DNA of 59,280 nucleotides from Anaerolineae bacterium (GCA_027021705.1 JALUTT010000037.1:1-59280); one strand, 5' to 3'; positions 1-9,175 are shown, counted from the stretch's first letter. Numbers and translations are program-made. The notes: generated by a model from the letters alone, not told the origin.

Positions 1-113
1 TGGCTTTCAGGCATGGAGCCGAGGACGGCCAGGACAAGGATGCTGAGCACCACCAGGGCGTGCAGACGAAGCTGAACCAGTTGAACAATCGGGGGTTTTG
101 TAGTACAATGCAT
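1..113 (-). CDS. Possible 5' end of an exported protein running off the window
   Basis: Minus frame with a hydrophobic signal-like stretch (LRLHALVVLSILVLAVLG), divergent from the kinase gene; start uncertain. Confidence 0.3.
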   Translation of the reverse strand, partial: MHCTTKPPIVQLVQLRLHALVVLSILVLAVLGSMPES

Positions 114-409
114 AGGAGCCAACCTCGTTTGGGAGATAGGGTACATTGTACCCTATTTCGCGGGTTGGCTCAATTTCATTATGGGCAAGCTCACCCCCCT
201 TTTTCGACCATTTTACGAAGCCCAGAGCCCATTTCGGCTACCTGTAGGTCCCCAACTCGATACGCTCGCATCATCGGCCTCCCAACATTTGCCTCCCAGG
301 GGAGATTCCGGTACACTTAAGGACGTGTCGCGTGGTACATGCCATGGCCCGTGATCGGCGGTTCGCAGTCGGTGGTCCGTGGAGTGTAAGGGAAGGAGGC
401 AGAAAAGCT

Positions 410-2173
410 ATGGCATCTCAACAAGCCCCTTGGCAGATCACCATCCCAAAGGTGAGCTCCGGCCCGGCCCGGGTGTGGCCGGCTGAACCTCGCCAGACAG
501 CCCAGGTCCGCTTCGCCGACGGGCGGGTCTTCGAAGCCCCCGTCGGCACCCAACTGGAAGCCTACATCCGCGTGGCCTATCCGAATCCACCTGTCCCCAT
601 CATCGCCGCCATCATCAACCGGGAGCTGCGAGAACTGACTTATCACATCGTGACCGACGTGGAGGTGACGCCCATCACCTTGGCCGACTCCGATGGCGTG
701 CGCATCTATCGCCGCTCCCTCTCCTTCTTGCTGATGGTCGCCATCCACGAACTCTTTCCCGAGGCCCGGGTCTTCGTGGATCACTCCGTCCCCTTCGGCG
801 GCTACTTCTGCGAAGTCCAGGGCCACCCCCCCTTCACCGAGGAGGAACTGCGCCACATCGAGGCACGGATGCGGGAGATCGTGGCCGAGGATGCCCCCAT
901 CAGCAAGGAGCGAGTGCCTCTAGAGGAGGCGATCGCCCTCTTCGAGGAGCGGGGTGAGACGGAAAAGGTGCGGCTCCTGAAGCGGCGACAGAAAGCCTAC
1001 CTAACCCTCTACAGCCTGCGGGGATTCCGCGATTACTTCCACGGCTACATGGTCCCTTCGGCTGGCTATCTGCGCTACTTCGCCCTGCAGCCGATGCCGC
1101 CAGGCTTCGTGCTCCGCTACCCACGCCGAGACCAACCGACGGAACTGCTTCCCTACGTCGAGTACCCCCGCCTGACAGCCGTCTTCCGGGAGTACGGGAA
1201 GTGGCTACGGCTGCTCAACGTGACCAGCGTGGGCGAGCTCAACCAGGCCATCGAGGATGGACGCATCCGGGAGATCATCCTGGTGGCTGAGGCGTTGCAC
1301 AGCCAGCGCATCGCCGAGATCGCCGACCAGATCGCCCAGCGGCGGGGTGAGGTGCGGTTGGTCCTGATCGCCGGCCCCTCATCGTCGGGGAAGACCACTC
1401 TGACCAAGCGATTGGCCATCCAACTCCTGGCTCTGGGCATCCGCCCCTTCCCCCTGGAGATGGACAACTACTTCGTGGATCGGGAGCGGACACCCCGGGA
1501 CGAGCACGGCGACTACGATTTCGAATCCCTGCAGGCGCTGGACGTGGACCTCTTCAACGAGCAACTGCTGGCCCTGATGGCCGGTGAGGAGGTCCAGCTC
1601 CCCCACTACAACTTCAGGACGGGACGGCGTGAACCCGGCCAGGTCGTCCGCCTCACCCCCGACCACATCATCCTGGTGGAGGGGATCCACGGCTTGAACC
1701 CGGCTTTGGTGCCCGGCGTGCCGCCGGAGCGGACCTTCCGCATCTACGTTTCGGCGTTGACCCAACTGAACCTGGACCGGCACAACCGCATCCCTACGAC
1801 CGATACCCGCCTGCTGCGGCGAATCGTCCGGGACGCCACCTACCGAGGCTACTCGGCGATGGAGACCATCGGGCGTTGGGAGAGCGTGCGGCGGGGGGAG
1901 AAGCGCAACATCTTCCCTTATCAGGAGCACGCCGACGTGATGTTCAACTCTGCCTTGGCCTACGAGCTGGCGGTGCTGAAACCGCTGGCCGAACCGTTGC
2001 TCCTCCAGGTGAAACCGGGAACCCGCCATTACATCGAGGCCAAGCGGCTACTGGCTTTCCTGGAGTGGTTCGAGCCTTGTGGGACGGAGATGATTCCCGA
2101 CAACTCCATCTTGCGGGAGTTCATCGGTGGCTCCATCCTGCGCGATTACTTCCCCAGCTCCACCCAATTGTGA
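410..2173 (+). CDS. Nucleoside/uridine kinase with N-terminal ThrRS-like (TGS/editing) domains
   Basis: P-loop AGPSSSGKTT, DNYF and EGIHGLN motifs; ThrRS-N-like first half; AAGGAGG RBS before ATG 410. Confidence 0.85.
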   Translation: MASQQAPWQITIPKVSSGPARVWPAEPRQTAQVRFADGRVFEAPVGTQLEAYIRVAYPNPPVPIIAAIINRELRELTYHIVTDVEVTPITLADSDGVRIYRRSLSFLLMVAIHELFPEARVFVDHSVPFGGYFCEVQGHPPFTEEELRHIEARMREIVAEDAPISKERVPLEEAIALFEERGETEKVRLLKRRQKAYLTLYSLRGFRDYFHGYMVPSAGYLRYFALQPMPPGFVLRYPRRDQPTELLPYVEYPRLTAVFREYGKWLRLLNVTSVGELNQAIEDGRIREIILVAEALHSQRIAEIADQIAQRRGEVRLVLIAGPSSSGKTTLTKRLAIQLLALGIRPFPLEMDNYFVDRERTPRDEHGDYDFESLQALDVDLFNEQLLALMAGEEVQLPHYNFRTGRREPGQVVRLTPDHIILVEGIHGLNPALVPGVPPERTFRIYVSALTQLNLDRHNRIPTTDTRLLRRIVRDATYRGYSAMETIGRWESVRRGEKRNIFPYQEHADVMFNSALAYELAVLKPLAEPLLLQVKPGTRHYIEAKRLLAFLEWFEPCGTEMIPDNSILREFIGGSILRDYFPSSTQL

Positions 2174-2180
2174 AATGGTT

Positions 2181-2302
2181 GTATCTATTCAGCCTGCCCT
2201 CCCGCAGGTCACCGGTCGAGGGCGCTTTCAGCCCCGATGGGCTATTGGAAGCACGATTTCGCGTCGGAAACGCGGCTAACCTGCGGGAGGGTGAACAGTT
2301 AA
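2181..2302 (+). mobile_element. MITE-like element family A, copy 1
   Basis: ~122 bp near-identical to 6224-6343 and reverse complement of 7195-7316; imperfect TIR GTATCTATTCAGCC / GGGTGAACAGTTA; inner IR CCCTCCCGCAGGT / ACCTGCGGGAGGG. Confidence 0.8.
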
Positions 2303-2307
2303 AACGG

Positions 2308-2336
2308 TTGACACTTCCTGCTGACTATGCTACAAT
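2308..2336 (+). promoter_or_regulatory. Sigma70 promoter of the Rrf2 operon
   Basis: TTGACA-17 bp-TACAAT with extended -10 TG. Confidence 0.8.
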
Positions 2337-2365
2337 CCGACCAGAAAAGTCGGTTTTTTGGTCGG
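2337..2365. promoter_or_regulatory. Palindromic putative Rrf2 operator
   Basis: CCGACCAGAAAA-GTCGG-TTTTTTGGTCGG inverted repeat overlapping the predicted +1. Confidence 0.5.
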
Positions 2366-2377
2366 AGAGAGGTGACC

Positions 2378-2800
2378 GTGCAGCTCACCCGCAGTGCGGA
2401 TTATGCCCTCCGGGCGGTGATAGACATCGCCATCCACCAGGATCGAGGGTATGTGCCCACCCACGAAGTGGCCCGACGCCAGGGCATTCCACCCGCTTTG
2501 CTGGCCAAACTCATCCCCGCCCTCGTCCGGGCCGGCCTTCTCATCAGCCAACGGGGGGCTCGGGGAGGGCTCAAGCTGGCTCGTCCGGCGGCCGGGATTA
2601 GCATGCGGGAGGTCGTCGAGGCCATCGAAGGGCCAATCGCGCTGAACCGCTGCACGGTGATCCCCACCCAGTGCGACCTGACCGACCGCTGTGCCCTCCA
2701 CTCCGTCTGGGAGAAGGCACAGACCTACCTGGTCCACCTGCTGGAGACCACATCCCTGGCCGAACTGGCGCGGCAGCAGGAAGCGCTCAACCGGGAATAA
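2378..2800 (+). CDS. Rrf2 family transcriptional regulator (Fe-S type)
   Basis: LTRSADYALRA start, SQRGARGG wing, C-terminal C-x6-C-x5-C. Confidence 0.9.
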   Translation: MQLTRSADYALRAVIDIAIHQDRGYVPTHEVARRQGIPPALLAKLIPALVRAGLLISQRGARGGLKLARPAAGISMREVVEAIEGPIALNRCTVIPTQCDLTDRCALHSVWEKAQTYLVHLLETTSLAELARQQEALNRE

Positions 2801-2809
2801 GCTCACGAG

Positions 2810-3574
2810 ATGACCGCCAGGCGATGGGCTCTCTTCATCGTGATCAACATCCTCGTCTCCGTGGCAGCGACGCTGACCACACTGACGCTGTGGGAGCGAT
2901 GGCAGGCGGGGCCACCGACGCCAACACCCAGTCCGCCCACTCCGGTCGCAGCGCTGCCGACGCTGACGAGACCACCGGAGCCCACCCTGCCACCACCGAC
3001 GCCGACGCCGGTCATCTACATCGTTCAGCCGGGAGATACCCCCAGCACCATCGCCCAGGCCTTTGGCGTGGCAACGGCGGACCTCCTGGCCGTCAACGGT
3101 CTGACAGAGTTCGACCTGATCCATCCCGGTGACGTGCTGGTGATCCCCCTGACCCCAGCGGTCGGGGAGGCCGCCACTTCGATCCCGTCAACGGCCACCA
3201 TCGCTCCCCCAACGCCTATACCATCGCCCTCCCCACCGCCGAGCCCGACTCCCAGCGGTCCCATTGAGGTCCGCATCGAGAAAGTGCTGGCCCCAGGAGA
3301 GCTGGCAGGGGAGACGGTGGTGATCGTCAATCGAGGCCGGCTGGTCAATCTGGAGGGATGGACCTTGAGCAGCGATGGGTCGGCCAGCTACACCTTCCCC
3401 TACCTGGTCCTGAACACCGGGGTGGCTATCAACGTACACACCGGGCCGGGGGAGGACAGCCTGAGCGACCTCTACTGGGGGCGGGAGGCGGCCGCCTGGC
3501 AGCCGGGTGAGGTGCTGCGCCTGCGGGATCGGGAGGGGGAGCTGATCGCGACTTTCCCCATCCCCCAGGAGTGA
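2810..3574 (+). CDS. Membrane-anchored LysM + lamin-tail-domain protein
   Basis: N-terminal TM, Pro/Thr linkers, YIVQPGDT LysM, C-terminal VNLEGWTL..YTFP..LYWG LTD-like. Confidence 0.8.
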   Translation: MTARRWALFIVINILVSVAATLTTLTLWERWQAGPPTPTPSPPTPVAALPTLTRPPEPTLPPPTPTPVIYIVQPGDTPSTIAQAFGVATADLLAVNGLTEFDLIHPGDVLVIPLTPAVGEAATSIPSTATIAPPTPIPSPSPPPSPTPSGPIEVRIEKVLAPGELAGETVVIVNRGRLVNLEGWTLSSDGSASYTFPYLVLNTGVAINVHTGPGEDSLSDLYWGREAAAWQPGEVLRLRDREGELIATFPIPQE

Positions 3575-3613
3575 GGGGGGAGATCTCCCCGAGGAGATCG
3601 AGGAGCCCTGGAA

Positions 3614-4120
3614 ATGGGGTACCGGCAGGACGATGATCCCGAGAAGCCCTGGCGGCTCCTGGTAGAGGAGCGCATCCGGGAGGCGCAGGAGGCCGGCCTC
3701 TTCGACAACCTGCCGGGGGCAGGCCAACCCATCCGTTGGGAGGACGAGAGTATGGTGGAGCCCGACTGGCGGCTGGCCTTCCGCCTGCTGCGCCAGCACG
3801 GGTTCGCACCGGACTGGATCGAGCTGGACAAAGCGATCCGTCAGAGGATCGAGCAGGCCCGCCAGAGCCTGCGACGCTCCTGGCGCTGGCGGCAGGAACG
3901 GCTACCCGACGCACTGCCAGAGGAACGGGTCCTCTTAGAGGCGGAATGGGACCGCGCCCTGGACGCCTTCGCCAGAGCCATCGAGGAGCTCAACGCGCAG
4001 ATCGAAATCTTCAACCTGAAGGTGCCCATTGCGCGTCTACAACGGCTTCCCCTCCGCCTGGAAGAGGAGTTGGCCCGGCTGGAGGCGGAAGAGGTAGACG
4101 ACACGACCGCGACTCTCTGA
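3614..4120 (+). CDS. DUF1992 (DnaJC28-like) protein
   Basis: VEERIREAQEAGLFDNLPGAGQP and PDWIEL motifs. Confidence 0.8.
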   Translation: MGYRQDDDPEKPWRLLVEERIREAQEAGLFDNLPGAGQPIRWEDESMVEPDWRLAFRLLRQHGFAPDWIELDKAIRQRIEQARQSLRRSWRWRQERLPDALPEERVLLEAEWDRALDAFARAIEELNAQIEIFNLKVPIARLQRLPLRLEEELARLEAEEVDDTTATL

Positions 4121-4144
4121 CAGCACAAGGCGAGGCACGTCCCT

Positions 4145-4642
4145 ATGAGCACTAAGCGGCGACCAGATCACCCGTGGGATGGGAAACGGATTCGGGCCCT
4201 GCGCCACTTCCTGGGCCTGACTCAAAAGGAGATGGCTGAGCGGTTGGGCACAGATCAACAGCGGGTCAGCGAGTGGGAGCGGGGAGCCCACCGGCCCAGC
4301 CGCATTACAGCCACGTTGCTCAGCATGGTGGCGGAACGCAGCGGGTTCGTCTACTCCGAGGAGGGTGAGGAACCCGCCCCGATGGGGGGCGAGACCCTCT
4401 CCCAGTGGCGAGAGCGTCCTATCACCGCCCTCCACCTGCCTCCACGCATCGTCCGCCTTCTGCACCAAGCAGGCATTACCCAGGTGGGAGAGGTGCTGGA
4501 CTGGTTGCAGGAGGGGGAGAAGCGCCTGCTGGCGATCCCGGGCTTCGGACGTCGTTCCCTGGAGGCCCTCCGCCAGCGGCTCATCGAGCGGGGGCTGCTC
4601 TACGGGGAGGCAGGAAGCTCCGAGGGAAAGGCCACGGAATAA
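4145..4642 (+). CDS. XRE HTH protein fused to an RNA polymerase alpha-CTD-like domain
   Basis: IRALRHFLGLTQKEMAERLG..VSEWERG HTH; ITALHLPPRIVRLLHQAGITQVGEVL..LLAIPGFGRRSLEAL resembles alpha-CTD. Confidence 0.75.
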   Translation: MSTKRRPDHPWDGKRIRALRHFLGLTQKEMAERLGTDQQRVSEWERGAHRPSRITATLLSMVAERSGFVYSEEGEEPAPMGGETLSQWRERPITALHLPPRIVRLLHQAGITQVGEVLDWLQEGEKRLLAIPGFGRRSLEALRQRLIERGLLYGEAGSSEGKATE

Positions 4643-4702
4643 GGCGCCCAGCCCTCGACGGTCCAACAGGGGATCATTTTCTAAAAATCAGGCCGAAAGG
4701 GC

Positions 4703-4731
4703 TTGACAGCCGACACGACCTGGTGTATAAT
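4703..4731 (+). promoter_or_regulatory. Perfect consensus sigma70 promoter
   Basis: TTGACA-17 bp-TATAAT. Confidence 0.85.
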
Positions 4732-4735
4732 TAGG

Positions 4736-4759
4736 GCGCTCCTGAGGAGCGCTTTTTTT
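4736..4759 (+). terminator. Terminator-like hairpin or palindromic operator at +1
   Basis: GCGCTCC-TGA-GGAGCGC followed by T7. Confidence 0.6.
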
Positions 4760-4802
4760 ACCCGCCACCCACACGAATTGGTGTCGAGAAAGGGAGGAAA
4801 CG

Positions 4803-4994
4803 ATGGGCACGTATGGATTGCAAGGCGTGATCCGAGCCTGGGAGCTGGGCAAGATCACCACGGAGCAGGCCATCGGGCAGATTCTGCTCCTCCTGGTCGC
4901 TTTGGAAGAACGGTTGCGGGAGATCGAGCAGCAGATGGAATGGCTGCGCCGTCGCCCCCACACCGGCTCACCGGAGACCGACCATCAGGTCTGA
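4803..4994 (+). CDS. Small helical hypothetical protein (63 aa)
   Basis: Strong RBS AAGGGAGG, own promoter, amphipathic/coiled-coil sequence. Confidence 0.7.
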   Translation: MGTYGLQGVIRAWELGKITTEQAIGQILLLLVALEERLREIEQQMEWLRRRPHTGSPETDHQV

Positions 4995-6202
4995 CCCCGG
5001 ACCACCGCTTTGGAAGCGGCCTTGGCCGAGGGCCGGGCTGCCTGCTTCCGCTCCCGCAGCGCCATCTGGATGAGCATCTCCAGGTGGCGCTTTTCTTCTC
5101 CGCCGATGACGGCCAACTCATCGGCCCGTGCCAGGATGTAGGGGTAGGGTGTGGCGGCCAACAGGGCGCACTGATGGTAGATGAGGGCGTGCACTTGGGC
5201 CAGCAGAGCCTTGTCCGTCGCCACCCAGGCCGGCACCTCCACCCGAGCCAGGACCGGAGTCATAGCCTGGCCCGCCCCCTCCCGTCGAGGCGCGACGTTG
5301 AGGTAGAAGAAGTGGATCTCGTGGCTGGCGGCGTAGTCCTTGAAGTCTCGGTTGCGCGGCGACATCGTGACGAAGAGGGCCGAGCGCTCGCCAGGCCCCA
5401 ACAGGCTCCCGAAGAGGTCCCGGTCCAGGACGCCCGCCAGCGGGCCGTGGGTGCTCAGGGCAGCCCGGCTCATCCGGTTCCTCTCCAGCCCGGCCAGGTG
5501 CAGGAGACTGACCACGCCGGTGCTCAGGGGGCGGTCCACGTAGCCCGCCAGCGCCGCACCGGCATCCTGCACCTTCGTCAGTGCCTCCAGGTAGGCCCGA
5601 TGGTACTGCCCCTGCTCCCGCTGGCTCAGCCCCTCCAGGGCCGACCAGAAGAGGAGCCCCCCATCGGTCAGGGCGATCACCGGGGCCTCGTGCCGGTGGG
5701 TCCAGACCAGCTCGGCCAGGAAGGTGATCTCCTGCAGGTCCCGGCGGGCGTTGACCTGTCCTGCCGTCACCGGCTGCTCATCGCTGACCATCACCTCTTC
5801 GGGATCATAGACCAGCGTGGGCTCGATAAAGGTCTCCGGCGCTTCCCCGCTGCCGTGGCGGATGAGGATCGCGCCCACGTTGATCAAGTAATAGAGGGCC
5901 GGCGCGTGGCGGTCGGGAGGGATCTGGGACCCATCGGCGGCGATGAGGGTGGCCCGCTGGGGGAGGGGAGGAAGAGGCTGAGGAACCGCCAGCGGTTCGC
6001 CACAGGGACGGGCTCCCCGATAACCCAAGTCCCTGGCGATGGCATCCTCCACCCGCTCCTGAAGCTCTGCCAGCCGTTCGGAGAAACGGTCAAGCCGACG
6101 CCGGGCCTCCTCAACTCGACCGGAGAGCCGGATGGCCCGATCGGCCAGCACCTGGGCCAGCGCTTCCACTTGAGGGGTCACTTTGGCCAGAGCCAGGGAC
6201 AA
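4985..6202 (-). CDS. nurA: DNA double-strand break repair nuclease NurA family
   Basis: AADGSQ, LTDGGL and YPYILARADELA motifs; TTG start at 6202 after AGGGAGG (the ORF-track extension runs through MITE A). Confidence 0.8.
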   Translation of the reverse strand: MSLALAKVTPQVEALAQVLADRAIRLSGRVEEARRRLDRFSERLAELQERVEDAIARDLGYRGARPCGEPLAVPQPLPPLPQRATLIAADGSQIPPDRHAPALYYLINVGAILIRHGSGEAPETFIEPTLVYDPEEVMVSDEQPVTAGQVNARRDLQEITFLAELVWTHRHEAPVIALTDGGLLFWSALEGLSQREQGQYHRAYLEALTKVQDAGAALAGYVDRPLSTGVVSLLHLAGLERNRMSRAALSTHGPLAGVLDRDLFGSLLGPGERSALFVTMSPRNRDFKDYAASHEIHFFYLNVAPRREGAGQAMTPVLARVEVPAWVATDKALLAQVHALIYHQCALLAATPYPYILARADELAVIGGEEKRHLEMLIQMALRERKQAARPSAKAASKAVVRGQT

Positions 6203-6223
6203 GGCGACCTCCCTTCTCCAGGC

Positions 6224-6343
6224 GTATCTACTCAGCCTATCCTCCCGCAGGCTACCGGTCGAGGGCGCTTTCAGCCCCGATGGGCTGTTTGAAGCACGGT
6301 TTCGCGTCGGAACACGTCTAACCTGCGGGAGGGTGAACACTAC
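6224..6343 (+). mobile_element. MITE-like element family A, copy 2
   Basis: Homologous to 2181-2302; its end contains the TAG stop of the metallophosphoesterase. Confidence 0.8.
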
Positions 6344-7077
6344 CTCCCGTAGGCTAGGCGCTCGATGAGGCGGGCCGGCATCCCTCGGGCGCGCATCTTC
6401 TCCTGGGTGATCTCCACAGGGTATGGAATACGTCGGTGATCCCAGGTCATCGTCTCCGTGTCCAGGATGGCGTAGCTGGCCCTGGGATCCCCATCACGGG
6501 GTTGCCCCACACTACCAGGGTTGACGAGCGCCCGAGCCTCGCCCAGGGGCATCCGCTCCCTAAAGGGCGGCAGCAGCGTCTGACACCCTTCACCGCTGGG
6601 GGTGACGATCCGACGGAAGATGACGGGAATGTGGGTGTGGCCAATGAGGCAGTAAGGGGTGTCGAAGTAGGCGAAGTTCCGCTGAGCGATGAGGGGATCG
6701 AGGACGTATTCCCACACAGGCTGGCGAGGGCTGGCGTGGGCCAGGGTGAAGGAGTCCTGGACGAGATTGGTGGGGAGAGATTCCAGGTAAGCCCGGCTGG
6801 CCGGCGTCAGCTCCCGCTGGGTCCAGAGCACAGCGACGCGGGCATCGGTGTTGAAGCTCTGAATGTCCAGCCTCCCCAGTGCCGCCCAATCGTGATTTCC
6901 GGCCAGGCAGAGGTGGGGGAAGTCCTGCAGGCGGGCGATACATTCATTGGGATCGGGGCCGTAGCCCACCATATCCCCCAGACACCAAATGAAGTCGAAC
7001 TCACCAGCAGCGTGGGCCAGGACGGCCTCAAAGGCCGCCAGGTTGGCGTGAATATCCGAGATGACCAGGTAGCGCAT
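6340..7077 (-). CDS. Calcineurin-like metallophosphoesterase
   Basis: SDIHAN, GDMVGYG, GNHD, GHTH, NPGSVGQPRDG. Confidence 0.9.
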   Translation of the reverse strand: MRYLVISDIHANLAAFEAVLAHAAGEFDFIWCLGDMVGYGPDPNECIARLQDFPHLCLAGNHDWAALGRLDIQSFNTDARVAVLWTQRELTPASRAYLESLPTNLVQDSFTLAHASPRQPVWEYVLDPLIAQRNFAYFDTPYCLIGHTHIPVIFRRIVTPSGEGCQTLLPPFRERMPLGEARALVNPGSVGQPRDGDPRASYAILDTETMTWDHRRIPYPVEITQEKMRARGMPARLIERLAYGR

Positions 7078-7194
7078 AGTTCCTGTCCCCAACGATGGAT
7101 CGTCGCAGGCATATCATACCATATTCCCAAGCTTTTGGGTAGGGGGCAAGCCCGAACTTCGATTTCCGAAGTCTCCCCAAGACGATCTTGACCT

Positions 7195-7316
7195 GTAACC
7201 GTTCACCCTCCCGCAGGTTAGGCGCGTTTCCGACACGAAACCGTGCTTCCAATAGCCCATCGGGGCTGAAAGCGCCTTCGACCGGTGACCTGCGGGAAGG
7301 TAAGCTGAATAGATAT
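7195..7316 (-). mobile_element. MITE-like element family A, copy 3 (inverted)
   Basis: Reverse complement of copies 1 and 2. Confidence 0.8.
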
Positions 7317-7636
7317 GAGCGTGACCAAAAGTTGTTGAATCGCCGGGCGACTGGCAGGTTGGGTGAGCGAGGGGCACCGGCGTCTGGATGGGTCTCCTCG
7401 ACCGGTTTCCGGTCAACGAATGGGGGAACGAATAAACGAAGGGGTTTGCTCCAGGACGGATGGGGCGGATGAGGGCTTCATCGTGACCGCCTGACCCAAC
7501 GACCAAACGACCAAGCGACCACGATGGGTGGTTCCCCCTGGTCAGCGGGCCGGGCAACGGGCCAAGATTCCCCAACCAGGCGGGAGGGGGGGCGAGGGTA
7601 TGGACGAGCGCCCTCCACCCCATTTTGGTCACACCC
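7317..7636. mobile_element. Non-autonomous element family C
   Basis: Ends GAGCGTGACCAAAA / TTTTGGTCACACCC (12/14 IR); internal ACGAAT and GACCAA short repeats; no ORF. Confidence 0.55.
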
Positions 7637-7729
7637 TTTTGAATAGGCTCGAAAGGATGGGCACCCTGCAAAGTGCGGGGGCCATCCCGAGACGGGATGG
7701 CCCCCGCCCACCGAAGCCCTAGGGGGCGA

Positions 7730-8347
7730 TCAGGCTCCCTTCAGTTGGGCGTAGCGCTCGGCCACAACCTCCCAATTGACCACGTTCCACCAGTTGTTGA
7801 CGTACTCGGCGCGACGGTTCTGGTACTTCAGGTAGTAGGCATGCTCCCACACATCCAGACCGAGGAGGGGGGTGAAGCCATCCAAGTAGGGGCTGTCCTG
7901 ATTGGGCGTGGAGTAGACGACCAACTTGCCGAAGCCGGTCAGGACCAGCCAGGCCCATCCACTGCCGAAGCGGGTCAGGGCAGCGTGAGTGAATCGTTCC
8001 TTGAAAGCCTCAAAGCTGCCGAAGGTGGCGCTGATCGCCTCGGCCAGCTCGCCGGTGGGGCTGCCACCGCCGCCAGGCCCCATCACCGTCCAGAAGAGGC
8101 TGTGGTTGGCGTGGCCGCCCCCGTTGTTGCGCACCGCCGTGCGGATCTCCTCAGGAACGCTGGGGAGGTGGCGCAGCAGGGTTTCGAGGGAGACCTCCTG
8201 CAGGTCGGGGTACTTCTCCAAGGTGGCGTTGAGTTTGCTCACGTAGCCGTTGTGATGCTTGGTGTGGTGAATGCGCATCGTCTGCTCGTCAATGTAGGGT
8301 TCCAGAGCATCGTAGGCATAGGGCAGTTCAGGAAGTTGGTGGGCCAT
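7730..8347 (-). CDS. sodA: Superoxide dismutase [Mn]
   Basis: [41 protein letters not shown]. Confidence 0.95.
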   Translation of the reverse strand: MAHQLPELPYAYDALEPYIDEQTMRIHHTKHHNGYVSKLNATLEKYPDLQEVSLETLLRHLPSVPEEIRTAVRNNGGGHANHSLFWTVMGPGGGGSPTGELAEAISATFGSFEAFKERFTHAALTRFGSGWAWLVLTGFGKLVVYSTPNQDSPYLDGFTPLLGLDVWEHAYYLKYQNRRAEYVNNWWNVVNWEVVAERYAQLKGA

Positions 8348-8413
8348 TGGGTGACTCCTTTCTGTCATCTTGACGGTTCCAACATCGGTCGTGAGGGGAT
8401 TGGGAGAACTCGG

Positions 8414-8890
8414 TCAACCAGGTGCCTGGCCCGATAGGTGGACCAGCGCATCCACGATCTCACCGACATCGGGCACCTGGAGAATCTCGTTCTGCTGAAT
8501 GTGGGCGATCCGGCCCTCGGCGTCTATGACGAAAGTGGTGCGGGCGGCGATCCCTTTGTCTTCCAGGTAGACACCGTACTTTCGCGCGACCTCACCCTTG
8601 GGATGGAAGTCGGCCAGGAGCGGATAGGTGATGCCCATCTTCTGGGCGAAGGCCCTGTGGGCCCAGACGCTGTCCACGCTGATGCCGAGGACCTGGGCGT
8701 CCAGAGCGTTCAGCCGGCTCATATCTTCGACGAAGCAGGCGTGTTCCTGGCTGCAGACAGGGCTGAAGTCGAGGGGGTAAAAGGCCAGAACCACGGGCCG
8801 ACCTCGGAGGTCGCTCAACCGATAGGTCTGGTCGTCATGGCCTGGAAGGGTGAAATCGGGGGCAGGATCGCCCACCTTGAGGGTTGTCAT
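8414..8890 (-). CDS. Peroxiredoxin (AhpE/BCP-like)
   Basis: VGDPAPDF, FYPLDFSPVC peroxidatic motif, RTTFVID. Confidence 0.9.
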   Translation of the reverse strand: MTTLKVGDPAPDFTLPGHDDQTYRLSDLRGRPVVLAFYPLDFSPVCSQEHACFVEDMSRLNALDAQVLGISVDSVWAHRAFAQKMGITYPLLADFHPKGEVARKYGVYLEDKGIAARTTFVIDAEGRIAHIQQNEILQVPDVGEIVDALVHLSGQAPG

Positions 8891-9030
8891 CTTGACCTCC
8901 TGATGCGCAGAATTATCCAATTCAGACCTACTTTTCAGAAAAAGACCTCTAAAAAAACCTGACTGGGTGGCCTTGCTTTGGCTCGGATTATACTCCAGAA
9001 CTCCCAAAGAGGCAAGAGGATTGAGTGACC

Positions 9031-9175
9031 GGTGATTACCCATATCTTTGGAGATAGGGAGACGAGCCGGCCACGAATGGGGCACGAATACACGAATTAA
9101 GGACCGCCCCATTCGTGAGAAATTCGTGGACGGCCTGCTACGGACCACTCTCTCGCTCACTTGTGGGTAATTAAC
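9031..9175 (+). mobile_element. MITE-like element family B, copy 1
   Basis: Near-identical to 33299-33451; TIR GGTGATTACCCA / TGGGTAATTAAC; internal CACGAAT / ATTCGTG repeats. Confidence 0.8.

Noticed and set aside
2174..2309. Target-site duplication AATGGTT/AACGGTT around MITE A copy 1
   Set aside because: One mismatch and not reproduced at copies 2 and 3, so not claimed
4703..6292. 529-aa plus-strand ORF
   Set aside because: Antisense to nurA; its start is the TTG of a -35 box
6203..6340. N-terminal extension of NurA and similar extensions at 8891-9259 and 50004-50045
   Set aside because: They are translations of repeat-element or intergenic DNA; better RBS-linked starts exist downstream
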